Source of the DNA: Candidatus Latescibacterota bacterium
Lineage (GTDB): Bacteria; Latescibacterota; UBA2968; GCA-2709665
Direction: 5' to 3'
DNA: 64,000 bases
NCBI GenBank assembly: GCA_965208835.1
Contig: OZ242358.1
Coordinates: 544,001-608,000 of the forward strand
In this document: positions 1 through 9,839 of the stretch, piece after piece
How positions within the stretch are numbered: the stretch's first letter is position 1
How the letters are laid out: every line of letters starts with the position of its first letter
Made by a program: the position numbers and the translations under genes
Notes under the pieces: generated by a model
Database searches by the model: none
What the model was told of the DNA's origin: nothing
What the model saw: the letters and a program-made list of their open reading frames with translations, nothing else

Positions 1-1569
1 TCCGACCCCGAGGGGTACGAACCGGGGACTGGCGCCGCCATGAAGAACCTGGATCCATTCCGGCACTTCGACCGCTACCGTCTGGCGCTGGAAAGCATGG
101 TCCGCATGCTGGACCCGAACCTGCAGGAACCGGTTATCGGAGACTCCAGGGAAGGGCGGAGCATCGAACCCGTCTACGCCGAGACTCTCGCCGCCCATTA
201 CGGCAGCCGCTACGCCGGTCTGGTGGAAGACTCACAGGGGGCGCCGTTGGCGGAGAAAGGGGAGGAATACGCCCTCTGGCATCGGGACCCCGATCTGAGA
301 GCGGACGACGAGACCGGCCTGCCGCACCGTACGGAATGGTTTCCCGGCTGGCACGTTGGCGTTCTGCGAGCGGGAAATCCGCGGGGGCATACCGCTTTTT
401 ATCTGAACGGCTACGCGTACGGCGGCCATCGCCACCGGGATACCCTGGGCATCATCTATATCGCCCATGGCCGGGAGATGGCGGCCGACAGGGGATATAT
501 CTGGGACGACCCCAGAAACGCGTGGACCGGCAGCACGCTTGCTCACAACATCGTCACCGTGGACGGCCGTAGTCAGGCCGGCGACAACAAGCCCGCCGCG
601 CTGGAACTGTTCGGAACGGGCGCAGGCGTTGAAGTCGTGCAGGCGTCCGCCGCACCATACGAACAGTGCGATCTGTACCGGCGCACCTGCGTGCTGGTCC
701 AGGTCCCCGGTGATCAGACCTATGTCGTCGACCTGTTCCGGACCGCAGGGGGCGCCCTTCACCAGTACGGCTTTCACAGCAACGGCCGCCTCACGGGTAT
801 TTTCGGCGCCGCCCCGGAACCCGACGACGATCAAATCGAATGGCTGTCCAATATCCGCGCGGCCCAACCCCGGGGTCCGTTCACCGCAACCTGGGACAAC
901 AACGGCGTGGGAATTGAACTCACCCTGCTCAACCCCGTCCATCGCCTGCTGCTCGTGGACGCGCCGGGCTGGCGCTCGGACCTGGGGGAGGAACTCAACG
1001 CCCCGCCCGTGCAGCAGGTCCTGGCGGAACGCCGCGGCGATACAGACCTGAAGAGCGGATTTGCCGCGGTCATTTCACCATACACGGATCGTTCGCCCGT
1101 CCTCTCGTCCAGACTCGTGCTGGACGATGCGGACACGGGCGCGATGGCGGTCGCCGTCTGTCGTCAGGGATGTACGGACTACGTCTACTCCGCGCCGGAC
1201 GGCGGCGTCCACGACATCGGTCCGCTGTCCGTATCGGGCCGGTTCGCCTTTGCGTCCGTCGATGACGACGGCCGTCTGCTGCGCGCGTGTCTGCTTTGCG
1301 GCACCGAACTCCGCTGCAACGGGCACGCGCTGACCATCGACCGGGCGGCGGTCTCCCTGGATGTCGCCCGCGTCACCGATCGTACCTACCACCTGCGGAA
1401 CGCCGTCACCGATCCCGATACCCTTCCGGGCACCAATCTTCTGTGCGGCGATACCGGGTACGAAATCGAGGACGCCACCGAAGAATCCATCACGGTTCGG
1501 GATTACCCCGCCACAGAATGCGACACCGTCACGTTGCTGAAGTGCGTGGTGTACACATGTGACGACTGA
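1..1569 (+). CDS. Heparinase II/III-like (polysaccharide lyase family) protein, 5' end outside window
   Basis: Frame open from base 1 (SDPEGYEPGTGAAM...). Motifs GGHRHRDTLG, ADRGY, TLAHNIVTVDG, YRRTCVLV are typical of the heparinase II/III C-terminal domain. Paralog of 3712-6768. Confidence 0.7.
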   Translation, partial: SDPEGYEPGTGAAMKNLDPFRHFDRYRLALESMVRMLDPNLQEPVIGDSREGRSIEPVYAETLAAHYGSRYAGLVEDSQGAPLAEKGEEYALWHRDPDLRADDETGLPHRTEWFPGWHVGVLRAGNPRGHTAFYLNGYAYGGHRHRDTLGIIYIAHGREMAADRGYIWDDPRNAWTGSTLAHNIVTVDGRSQAGDNKPAALELFGTGAGVEVVQASAAPYEQCDLYRRTCVLVQVPGDQTYVVDLFRTAGGALHQYGFHSNGRLTGIFGAAPEPDDDQIEWLSNIRAAQPRGPFTATWDNNGVGIELTLLNPVHRLLLVDAPGWRSDLGEELNAPPVQQVLAERRGDTDLKSGFAAVISPYTDRSPVLSSRLVLDDADTGAMAVAVCRQGCTDYVYSAPDGGVHDIGPLSVSGRFAFASVDDDGRLLRACLLCGTELRCNGHALTIDRAAVSLDVARVTDRTYHLRNAVTDPDTLPGTNLLCGDTGYEIEDATEESITVRDYPATECDTVTLLKCVVYTCDD

Positions 1570-1613
1570 CGTCAGCGCGGTGACCTCTCTCCCTGGCTCC
1601 TCAGAAGTGGCGA

Positions 1614-1735
1614 GAGGTGAGACGGGAGAGGGGAGAGATAACCTGCCTTGTAAGGTCTCTACTCGTGCCGGAGGCAAGAAGGAAGAAAATACCCGGCAAG
1701 GGCTTCTTCTACCGTCTACCCTCTTACCTCTACCC
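1614..1735. repeat. ~125-bp intergenic repeat (family D, copy 1) with purine-rich and pyrimidine-rich arms
   Basis: Aligns with 19363-19493: GGTGAGACGG..AGAGAT.ACC.GCCT..TGCCGGAGGCA..GAAGAAAAT..CGGCAA..TCTTCT.CCGTCT.CCCTCT..TCTACCC. Confidence 0.7.
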
Positions 1736-1739
1736 GCCT

Positions 1740-2591
1740 TTATTGCAGATTCACAAAACCCGATAACGCCCGCTTCTGTCCGGCCATGTCCAGAATCCTG
1801 CGGATGATCAGGCTCTCCTTCCTGTCGATGCCGGGTTCTCCGGATTCGAACAGGTCCAGCACGGCATCCGCGGTATTCAGAAAGATGCGGCCGGAGTCGA
1901 CCTGGAAGTACCGCGTCGCTTTGGCGGTGGTCACCGAAGCGGCAAAGGGTGTACTCGACCCGGCATATACGTTCACCACCGCGGTACGTCCTCCCGTGTA
2001 ATCCAGCAGCAGTTGTGACTGTCTTCCCGACCCCCGGCGCATGACCCGGCGCACGCCCGGTCCCAAACAGCTGACGGCCAGTTCAAGGGGATGGATCGCG
2101 TATTCTCCGAATGACCTGCCGCCGCCCCAGGTGACCATGTGCCGGACCTGGCTGTGCCCGACGGCTTCCACGTAGCCCTGCACTTCGGTATAGCGCAGCG
2201 CTGAGCTTGTCTGCATGGGCACCCGATGCCTGTCGGCGAGCGCGAAGATCCGTCTGGCCGTGCGCAGGTCCGGGGCAAAGGTTTTGTCCACGTACGTGGG
2301 TTTTCCGAAAAGAAATACCTGTTCGCACAGCTCGAGGTGCGTCTCCGGGGTGGAAGGCGCCAGTACCATGAAACAGTCCACCGCCTCGTTCAACCCGTCC
2401 GCGTTGGAGAACCAGGCAACGCCGTTCGCCTCGGCCCACTTCCTGCCGACTCTCGGACGCAACCCCGTGCACCCCGCCACCACGAAACCCCTATGCTTCA
2501 GTTCGTTCCGGAGCAGTTTCAGGTAGACGTTGGCGTGGAAGTTCTCCAGATTGTCATCCACAAACCCGATCCGTTTCTCTCCACCTGTCAT
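1740..2591 (-). CDS. Gfo/Idh/MocA-family oxidoreductase (NAD-binding N-terminal domain)
   Basis: KRIGFVDD N-terminal strand, VDCFMVLAP..H, YVDKTFA, SSALRY motifs. Start taken at ATG 2591 (MTGGEKRIG). Confidence 0.75.
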   Translation of the reverse strand: MTGGEKRIGFVDDNLENFHANVYLKLLRNELKHRGFVVAGCTGLRPRVGRKWAEANGVAWFSNADGLNEAVDCFMVLAPSTPETHLELCEQVFLFGKPTYVDKTFAPDLRTARRIFALADRHRVPMQTSSALRYTEVQGYVEAVGHSQVRHMVTWGGGRSFGEYAIHPLELAVSCLGPGVRRVMRRGSGRQSQLLLDYTGGRTAVVNVYAGSSTPFAASVTTAKATRYFQVDSGRIFLNTADAVLDLFESGEPGIDRKESLIIRRILDMAGQKRALSGFVNLQ

Positions 2592-2607
2592 TCTTCCGAC
2601 CTCCCGT

Positions 2608-3642
2608 CTACGGCCACTCGGGCGCATCCGCAACGCGCACGATGCCGCCGTTCTCGATGGACTGGTGCCAGGCGTCCAGCACGGCCGTGGCGCGCCACCC
2701 GTCCAGCGCCGTCACAAAGGGCGCGCGATCCTCGATGACGGCGTCGACAAAGCTGTTCACGCACGACGGAAACGCCCCTACCCACTTGTCGAACACCCGG
2801 TAGTTCAGCAACGACCGCGGCCACTTGAATTTCTCCTCCGTACTCATTTCGATCGCCTCGGCCTTCCGGTCCAGATTAACGTGGCCCCTCTCTCCGATCA
2901 CCTGCATGAAGGAATCCGGCATCGACGGATGGGTATTGGGGTAGATCCAGGCCGACTCGAACGTGGCGACGGACCCGCCGTCGAACTTCACGAGCCCCTG
3001 CATCATGTCGTACGCATCGATTCCCCTGGCCGCCAGCACCTCTTTGATCCCGTAGCCGTGGACCTCGACGGGACTCTGATCGAACCACCAGCATATCAGG
3101 TCGATATCGTGCGCCGACAGGAACCAGGCCGGCGAAGACTTCGCGGACCATGGCAACATCTCGGTCGGCACGGATATGGGGTTGTTCTTGCGCGCGTAGC
3201 CCATCAGCGGCCTGCCGATTTCCCCGTCACGGATCATGTTCCACGTGGCATTGTACGGCGCCAGCCACCGGTGATTGTACGAGACTTGTAGCTTCAGTCC
3301 TGTGCGTTTCACGGCATCCACGATCTCGGTGGCTTCTTCGAGGTCGGTTGTCATCGGCTTCTCGACGTGTACGTGACAACCCGCCTCCAGGCATGCGATG
3401 ACCGGGTCCCGGTGCGCCCAGTCAGGCGTGGCGATATAGACGATGTCCAGCGTCTCATTCTCCAGCATCTCGTGATAGTTCCCATACCCGGCGGAAACCG
3501 AAAACTCGTCCTGCGCCCTGCCCAGCTTTTCCGCGTCCAGCGTACAGAATGCCGCCAGCTCAACCAGCGGGTTCCGGTGCAGGACCTGCGTCACGCTGTT
3601 GCCCATAATGCCAAGGCCGATCACACCTGCGCGCTGCTTCAT
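2608..3642 (-). CDS. Gfo/Idh/MocA-family oxidoreductase
   Basis: GVIGLGIMG Rossmann motif, IATPDWAH, HVEKPM, AHDIDL. Confidence 0.9.
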   Translation of the reverse strand: MKQRAGVIGLGIMGNSVTQVLHRNPLVELAAFCTLDAEKLGRAQDEFSVSAGYGNYHEMLENETLDIVYIATPDWAHRDPVIACLEAGCHVHVEKPMTTDLEEATEIVDAVKRTGLKLQVSYNHRWLAPYNATWNMIRDGEIGRPLMGYARKNNPISVPTEMLPWSAKSSPAWFLSAHDIDLICWWFDQSPVEVHGYGIKEVLAARGIDAYDMMQGLVKFDGGSVATFESAWIYPNTHPSMPDSFMQVIGERGHVNLDRKAEAIEMSTEEKFKWPRSLLNYRVFDKWVGAFPSCVNSFVDAVIEDRAPFVTALDGWRATAVLDAWHQSIENGGIVRVADAPEWP

Positions 3643-3711
3643 ATGCTTCCCTCCTTAACTCTCAATCCTGTCCATCCAGGTTTACCCCGGTTCCCTAATT
3701 GAACGAGCTGA

Positions 3712-6700
3712 TCAAAACGCCTCAAATACCATCGGCCGTACCACACACGCGTCCCCCGGACCCAGATCGTAGATCAACGGCAGGTCGTCCGGCGCGCCGG
3801 GCCACGGAATCGGATCGCGCAGCACGAACCTGTGCCCGCCTTCCTCGCGCGGTATCACCCGCTCGATGGTGTGGAGCCGTTCTTTATAGGCCAGTCGTGC
3901 GCCTTTCAGGTAGTGGCATCCCGAGTCTTCGGTATCCTCCCATTCCCGGTGAATCCACGTCCTGGTGAGCAAGCCGTCCTCCGTCTCCGCTTCCACAACG
4001 AAACGTCCGATGTGCAGTCGCTCCGCGTCCAGCGAACACTGCCATCCGTCGCCCGACGCTTCGACCGACTTGATGGGGAAGTTGCATCCGTGTGGCGGGT
4101 TCGACACCATCAGCGTCTCGCCCGCGGGAGGCGCTTCGCCGGTCTCAGATGTCACCGTCACCCGGCAGTCTTCGGCGTCGATTCCCGCAATTCGTCCTCG
4201 CCACGTGCCGGTACCCTCCACCTCCACGCCATCGGACTTCAACCGCCTTCCCGCCAGGCATGCCCACAAAGGGCGGCCGTTCGCGTCCAGTGTCAACACA
4301 CCGAACCCCCCGTCCAGCTCAAGTCCTTCATCAAAGACCGACACGCCCTCGTCCGCCAGGGCACCGAGCAGATAGCATTTTCCACCCTGCCAGGAAATCT
4401 CGAGTCCGATCGCATCTTCGCCTTTGAGCACGTCCAGGCGCCTGACGCCCGTCAATTGAGGGTGGCTCCGATAGGCTTCGCAGACAACGGCGAACAGGCT
4501 GTTCAGGGCGTCCTGCCGGCGGCCTGCCCGATTTCGCAGGAGGACGTAGTCCAGGTGTTCGGCCGCGCCCGGCTTGTTGGGCGGCCTGCCGTGGGCCGTG
4601 ATGATTTCCTGCGCGACGCCCCCCGGGACGATTATGCGCAGTCCCATCTCCTCATCCCGCCAATCGGCCTGGAACTCGCCCGCCGGCCGCCCGCGCTTCA
4701 CGTCATAAAGGTAGGAAAAGCCGCTTCCCCGGTACGAGTGATAACTGCGTTTGCCGTCTGTCCCCGGCAGCCCCGGCAGGCTGGCGTGCCGTTCCAGTTC
4801 GGGATCGTCGTACAGCTTCCGGAACGGAACCGCCGGCCCCGCCAGCGTGCCGCCCTCCTGCGCTTGAAACGCCACACCCCGGGTTGAAAACGCTCCGTTG
4901 AACCCGTGGAATGAATAGTCGTGCGCCCAGCCGCCCCTGACGTGGAAGAGGTCCACCAGGACCTGCAGGTCGGGCGCCAGTTCCAGCAGCGTCACCCCCC
5001 GGCGATACACGTCCGCATCCAGGTAGGCCCGTGGCGCGGAAAGCTCCACGTGCTGCACGTGCGGGGCGGTCCCGAAGCGTTCCAGCCGGCCCTCGTCGGC
5101 CGTGTCCTGCCTGCTCTCGTTCACCACCACGGTGACGTGGCTGGCGGTATTCTTCTCCCAGGCCGGCGGGTCCGGATGTTCGGCGGCGTGGGTGGGATAG
5201 CCCGTATCGGGCACGACCCGTTTGTTGCCCGCGATGACCTCCAGGTTCAACCGGTCCCGATGCGCGTGGCCGGCGTTGGCGTGCCCGTACTGAAGCACCG
5301 CCGCCAGCTGGTTCTCCGCTCTGCCGCTGCGCAGGATCACAAATCCCGTTCCGCCGAGATTATCGCTCGTTTCCGGCCACTTCGGCAGGTCGCCCGCGGC
5401 ACGCTCCAGTTCGGCTTTAGTCAGCGGTACTTCGAACAGGTCATCGTAACTCCTGAACCCGCTTTCACCGGTCCCGCCCTCGTTCAGAAGCGCGCGTGCG
5501 TACTCCGGCCATCCGTAACCCCGGTAAAATCGCTGAAGCGATGAATTGTCCAGCAATGGATAGGTCACCCCGGAGCCCGTATCCGCGATTGACGGCATCA
5601 TTCCGCCCCAACACGCAAGCCGCCGGGACCAGCTGCCCAGCGAACGCACGTGTTGCCCGGGCAGCCGGCGCTTGCCCAGCCGTTTCAGTACCAGGTCCGT
5701 ATCCAGCATATATCGCGTCCAGCAGCCCGCCGAATAGCCGATCGCCACCTCGAATGAGACCCCGTCACGAAAGAGGAAATTGTCCAGCGCGTGGTCCCAT
5801 CCCTCCACGCCGTACGCCCAGACTTCCGTGGTCGGCCCGCATCCCGTGAATGTCTCAAGTTTCTCGATCGCCCAATCCGTAAATGCGTCGTCGTCGATGA
5901 CCACCAGCGCCTTTACCGCGGAGGCCTGGTGAAGTCCGTAGTTGCCCCGGATCTTTCCCTCCCAGATATCCCGCACCGACTGCCGCACCATGTTGTCTTC
6001 CACGTGCCGGATCAACGCTTCGGGTTCCTTTTTCAGAAATTCATGGATTTCAGTCTCGGACTGCAATGCCGGATACAGATTGTCGTACGCTTCGGCGTAG
6101 AGCCCGATGTTGAACGACTCCTGAACGGCGTAGAGAAAACGCCCTGTATATCCGACCTGATAATTCAGGCCGTACCAGGACTGGGAGGCGTGGTCCATGG
6201 TCGGAAAGAGTGCGGCCATCCTGTCCAGCAGGATCGCGCCCTTCCGGCCGTACCGCGCGTCTCCGGTGATCAGATACGCGCGCCCGAGGTCCTGAAGCGC
6301 CGGGATCAACCGGTGCCAGAGGCTGAAACAGTAATGCGCCACAAACCAGAACCGGGACCGCCCGTCCCCGGGGTCCCATCCCTTCCCGTCGTCCGGGTAA
6401 TCGCCGGTAAGCAGCGTGCGGTCCCCCGTCCGGTAATACGCCATGAAGTCGTTCGAGGGGTACTCCTCGCCGCCCACGGCGCACCTGATTTTCCAGGGAC
6501 GATTGAAAATATCCACCTGCCAGGGGCCGCCCGGCGCCTGAAATACCGCCTCTCTGTGGACCGGACACCCGTCGAAAGACGGCAGGAACCCGCGGTAGAT
6601 GTCCGCCGGGGGCGGCAGATCGCGAACATAGGCGTCATCCAGCTTCGCCCAGACCTCCGCCCTGCCGACAATTTCATCGGCGATCTTCCTCGCGGCCGGA

Positions 6701-6768
6701 TACCGCGCCACGTGGTCCTTCATCCTGCGGACGTCGTCGTCCGTATGCAGCGTGCGTCCGGTCTTCAT
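3712..6768 (-). CDS. Large heparinase II/III-like protein
   Basis: GHAHRDRL, PDTGYP, NTASHVTVVVN, YRRGVTL motifs after a helical N-terminal region. Start taken at ATG 6768 (MKTGRTL), downstream of a terminator. Confidence 0.75.
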   Translation of the reverse strand: MKTGRTLHTDDDVRRMKDHVARYPAARKIADEIVGRAEVWAKLDDAYVRDLPPPADIYRGFLPSFDGCPVHREAVFQAPGGPWQVDIFNRPWKIRCAVGGEEYPSNDFMAYYRTGDRTLLTGDYPDDGKGWDPGDGRSRFWFVAHYCFSLWHRLIPALQDLGRAYLITGDARYGRKGAILLDRMAALFPTMDHASQSWYGLNYQVGYTGRFLYAVQESFNIGLYAEAYDNLYPALQSETEIHEFLKKEPEALIRHVEDNMVRQSVRDIWEGKIRGNYGLHQASAVKALVVIDDDAFTDWAIEKLETFTGCGPTTEVWAYGVEGWDHALDNFLFRDGVSFEVAIGYSAGCWTRYMLDTDLVLKRLGKRRLPGQHVRSLGSWSRRLACWGGMMPSIADTGSGVTYPLLDNSSLQRFYRGYGWPEYARALLNEGGTGESGFRSYDDLFEVPLTKAELERAAGDLPKWPETSDNLGGTGFVILRSGRAENQLAAVLQYGHANAGHAHRDRLNLEVIAGNKRVVPDTGYPTHAAEHPDPPAWEKNTASHVTVVVNESRQDTADEGRLERFGTAPHVQHVELSAPRAYLDADVYRRGVTLLELAPDLQVLVDLFHVRGGWAHDYSFHGFNGAFSTRGVAFQAQEGGTLAGPAVPFRKLYDDPELERHASLPGLPGTDGKRSYHSYRGSGFSYLYDVKRGRPAGEFQADWRDEEMGLRIIVPGGVAQEIITAHGRPPNKPGAAEHLDYVLLRNRAGRRQDALNSLFAVVCEAYRSHPQLTGVRRLDVLKGEDAIGLEISWQGGKCYLLGALADEGVSVFDEGLELDGGFGVLTLDANGRPLWACLAGRRLKSDGVEVEGTGTWRGRIAGIDAEDCRVTVTSETGEAPPAGETLMVSNPPHGCNFPIKSVEASGDGWQCSLDAERLHIGRFVVEAETEDGLLTRTWIHREWEDTEDSGCHYLKGARLAYKERLHTIERVIPREEGGHRFVLRDPIPWPGAPDDLPLIYDLGPGDACVVRPMVFEAF

Positions 6769-6840
6769 TCCAACATTCCTCTCGGTTCCGTCGAAGTCAA
6801 CGTAAAATTCCTTGGCAGCAAAGTACAAAGGAAGGGGCCA

Positions 6841-6882
6841 AAACGAAAAAAAGAAAAAGACCCGGCCGAATGCGGCCGAGTC
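6841..6882 (-). terminator. Intrinsic terminator-like hairpin with long U-tract
   Basis: Minus strand GACTCGGCCG-CATT-CGGCCGGGTC followed by TTTTTCTTTTTTT. Confidence 0.65.
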
Positions 6883-7188
6883 GATTGCAATGGGGCTTTG
6901 CATATGCCACTCTGTGGTGCAAGACACGGATGCCTGAGCAAGCCGCGGCACCTACGTAATATGACGTAATGCATTGTCTTGCATGTTCAGCAGGGTTCCG
7001 GCGTCGGTTGGAAAAACAACGTCGAGACTTAAGTCGCGGGTACGTGAAGTTGCTCTGGCAGTGATCACAAGGCGGGAAAATGCCGCGGGTATTGTGTTGG
7101 AGGGACTGTTTGAGGCGACCGCGGCGGAACCGACGGATCGGCTGCGGACGCTCGTTGGAACCGAAAGATCCATGTCAGAAAGCGTCCG

Positions 7189-7302
7189 TCATTCAGACGA
7201 TCTGTACGATTGTCCTGATCGCAGCTTCGTCTTCGTATCGGCCCTTACAGGAGCAAATCCGGCAAGGGTCGCGATCAATGCGCCGGTGATCCAATTTCTC
7301 AT
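7189..7302 (-). pseudogene. Remnant of a secreted SnoaL/NTF2-like gene (signal peptide, frameshift, truncation)
   Basis: RBS GAGGGGG and ATG 7302 right after the hydrolase stop. Reads MRNWITGALIATLAGFAPVRAD, then EDEAAIRTIV in a shifted frame, then stops. Confidence 0.4.
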
Positions 7303-7314
7303 GCTTGACCCCCT

Positions 7315-8265
7315 CTACTGCAGCGTCCGGCCGAAATGATCCGCCACTGCATCGCCGGCTTTCTTCACGGCGTCGGGATCGTCATAGAAATCGAACTGCG
7401 TGACGTTTTTCAGCCAAAGCTCAGCGATGTTGCGTCCCATGCGTCGGGCGTATTCCCGGGCCCCTTGCGGAATGGCAGCAGCTTCAGAGTGCACAAGAAA
7501 CGTGGGTTTTGCAAGTTCGTCTGCCGTTTGGATCGCATCATACGTTAGCCAGCCTTCCCAGGACGCGACATTGAATCTGTTATCGTATTCCGGGATTAAA
7601 CCGCGATCCTCTTCGGTATAATACGGCACTTGATACATCACGGCTTTTTCGTTGGTTGTGCTGGCTGCTTCCAGAATGACAGGTTTCGCAGCTTGCTCCG
7701 CCTCGCGGCTGGCCTGGACAAGACGGTTCATTCCTTCGTCACCGCCATAAACCGCCTTGACGATTGGTGCATTGTGCAGCCATGGCGCCACAAGAGCCAG
7801 TGATTTTAAATGGCCATTGGCATGAGCCGCATCGCTCATGTACCCGGAAGAGGCGCAAATCCCCAATCCGCCGATCCGCTCGTTATCCACCTCGGGCCGA
7901 GTGGCCAGGTAGTTTACGGCAGCGTTAATGTCTGCGGTTTTGCGCTGGGGGTCTTCCAGATACCGGATCGTGTCCTGCGATTCGCCCCATCCCCGAAAGT
8001 CGAAGGTCAGAGCCGCATAGCCTCTTTGGGCCATTGCCGCCGCATATGTCCCTGCCATTTGTTCCTTGACTGTCGTCCAGGCACCTGTGACGACCACGCC
8101 GGGCAACTTCTGACCATCCGAATAATCACCGGGCAGGTACAGGTCGCCTACGAGAGTTTGACCCTCGCTCAGAAACGTGACGCGCTTCACTGTCGCAGTC
8201 TCCGAGTGGGCGTGACTGAATTGAGCGCCTGCAATGAGAGCAAGCGCGATGAGAAGTCTCCCCAT
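7315..8265 (-). CDS. Secreted alpha/beta hydrolase (dienelactone hydrolase-like, Cys nucleophile)
   Basis: Signal peptide; GAWTTVKEQM, FDFRGWGES, GLGICASSG nucleophile elbow. Confidence 0.85.
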   Translation of the reverse strand: MGRLLIALALIAGAQFSHAHSETATVKRVTFLSEGQTLVGDLYLPGDYSDGQKLPGVVVTGAWTTVKEQMAGTYAAAMAQRGYAALTFDFRGWGESQDTIRYLEDPQRKTADINAAVNYLATRPEVDNERIGGLGICASSGYMSDAAHANGHLKSLALVAPWLHNAPIVKAVYGGDEGMNRLVQASREAEQAAKPVILEAASTTNEKAVMYQVPYYTEEDRGLIPEYDNRFNVASWEGWLTYDAIQTADELAKPTFLVHSEAAAIPQGAREYARRMGRNIAELWLKNVTQFDFYDDPDAVKKAGDAVADHFGRTLQ

Positions 8266-8820
8266 GGAATCGGCTCCTTTTTCTAGGGATTCTCGTTGGC
8301 TATTGTTGCTTTTATTTCGTTCAATCTTATCAATATGAAAATCACTCTATATTCCCTTATTGATACCAGACCCGAATCGTCCATAAAAGTTGTATTTCCA
8401 ATACCCAAGTCACTATATTATCGTAACATTACTCACCGTAACACAATGACAAAGGAGGAAAATTCCGGGGCGGTTCAAGATAAACATCGCCGGCTGTCTT
8501 TCGCAAGTCTTTCCTGTAAACCGAAAGAGGCCATCTCTGACGGGGGCGTGTTCTGAATGGGCTCTTCGCCAACACGTTGATCGTCCCGAGATGTTCCTCA
8601 GTCGGCTGGAAGCCTTGCATCAACCCTACCATAACCTTGTCACAATCGCTTCGAATGATTGGTATAATGTGTTCAGGGATTTGATGGTATCGAGTGGATT
8701 TCTGAACAATATCCGTGAGTTCTTTGGCGACATGAAATGAAGCGTTTGCTGCTTCGCGAGATCGGCGATCGCTATACATCAGGCAGCGTTCGCAGATCAC
8801 GGATTCAACCCATTCCCGCC

Positions 8821-9597
8821 ATGAAAATCCTCATCACCGGCGCCACGGGCGTCGTCGGCAGCAGGCTGGTACCCGCGCTCGAGGGCGATCACGAGTTGCG
8901 TCTGTTGAGCCGGCGTGATTTCCCGGACGATTCCCGCTGGCGCCGGGTGGACGTGACGGATATCGAACAGGTCTGCGATGCCGCGGAAGGGATGGACGTG
9001 GCCATCCATCTGGCCATCGCCACCGGAAGGGAGGGGGACTACGAAGAGGACGCCTTCAACAGTGAGCGGATGGATATCAACGTCAAGGGAACCTATAACC
9101 TCTTCGAAGCCGCACGACGTCATCGGCTTAAGCGTGTGATCTACACCAGCAGCCTGACCGTGGTCTGGGGCTATCCATCGCCGCAATGGGTCGAAGGCGA
9201 CGCGCCCGCGAAACCCGTCGGGACCTACGCCCTTACCAAGTACATGGGCGAAAAAATCGCTGAACACTACGCAGAAATGCACGGCATCTCCACACTCTGT
9301 CTGCGCATCCCCAAACCGTTAGATATCGACGATCCAAAACTCGCGAAATCATCGATTCTGCCCCAGTGGCTCGCCTTCCCCGATCTCATCAGCGCCTACA
9401 AACTCGCCCTGACCGCACCCGACATCGGTTTCGAAATTGTCACCCTTGTCGGTGAAAGCAGCAGGCGCCGGTGGGACCTCTCCAGGGCCGAGACAGTCCT
9501 CGATTACCGCCCCCGATACCGGCTCGAGGACATGGGTTACCTCCTCCGCGAAGAACCCGCCACCTACAACCGCCCCAATATCGCCACCCCTCCCTGA
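8821..9597 (+). CDS. NAD-dependent epimerase/dehydratase (uronate dehydrogenase-like extended SDR)
   Basis: MKILITGATGVVG, HLA, YTSS, YALTK catalytic YxxxK. Confidence 0.88.
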   Translation: MKILITGATGVVGSRLVPALEGDHELRLLSRRDFPDDSRWRRVDVTDIEQVCDAAEGMDVAIHLAIATGREGDYEEDAFNSERMDINVKGTYNLFEAARRHRLKRVIYTSSLTVVWGYPSPQWVEGDAPAKPVGTYALTKYMGEKIAEHYAEMHGISTLCLRIPKPLDIDDPKLAKSSILPQWLAFPDLISAYKLALTAPDIGFEIVTLVGESSRRRWDLSRAETVLDYRPRYRLEDMGYLLREEPATYNRPNIATPP

Positions 9598-9764
9598 AGG
9601 CGGCCAACCCGTCCGTTGTCCCCGGCTCTGTTACAACTTGCCGTCGATACGTTTTTCTTCGTAAGTTACGTGCCGTGGTCACGCGTTTTTTGTGCCTGGC
9701 AGCGTTGACTTGTCAGCCTGCGATGACGTTACGCTATTGTGTCCAATTTTAGGGGATTATATAC

Positions 9765-9793
9765 TTGACACACACGATTGAATTGTGTATATT
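9765..9793 (+). promoter_or_regulatory. Sigma70-type promoter overlapping the left IR
   Basis: TTGACA (9765-9770), 17-bp spacer, TATATT (9788-9793); 46 bp upstream of the transposase ATG. Confidence 0.75.
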
Positions 9794-9839
9794 AGGGGTG
9801 TAACGAGAACGGAACGCACTCCAACCCCACGAGGCGGCA

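Noticed and set aside
6769-6951. N-terminal extension of the 1079-aa ORF
   Set aside because: It runs through a terminator hairpin and U-tract (poly-Phe translation); the start at 6768 is preferred.
8429-8800. 123-aa minus-strand ORF
   Set aside because: No recognisable family, RBS or convincing start; possibly a fragment of foreign DNA.
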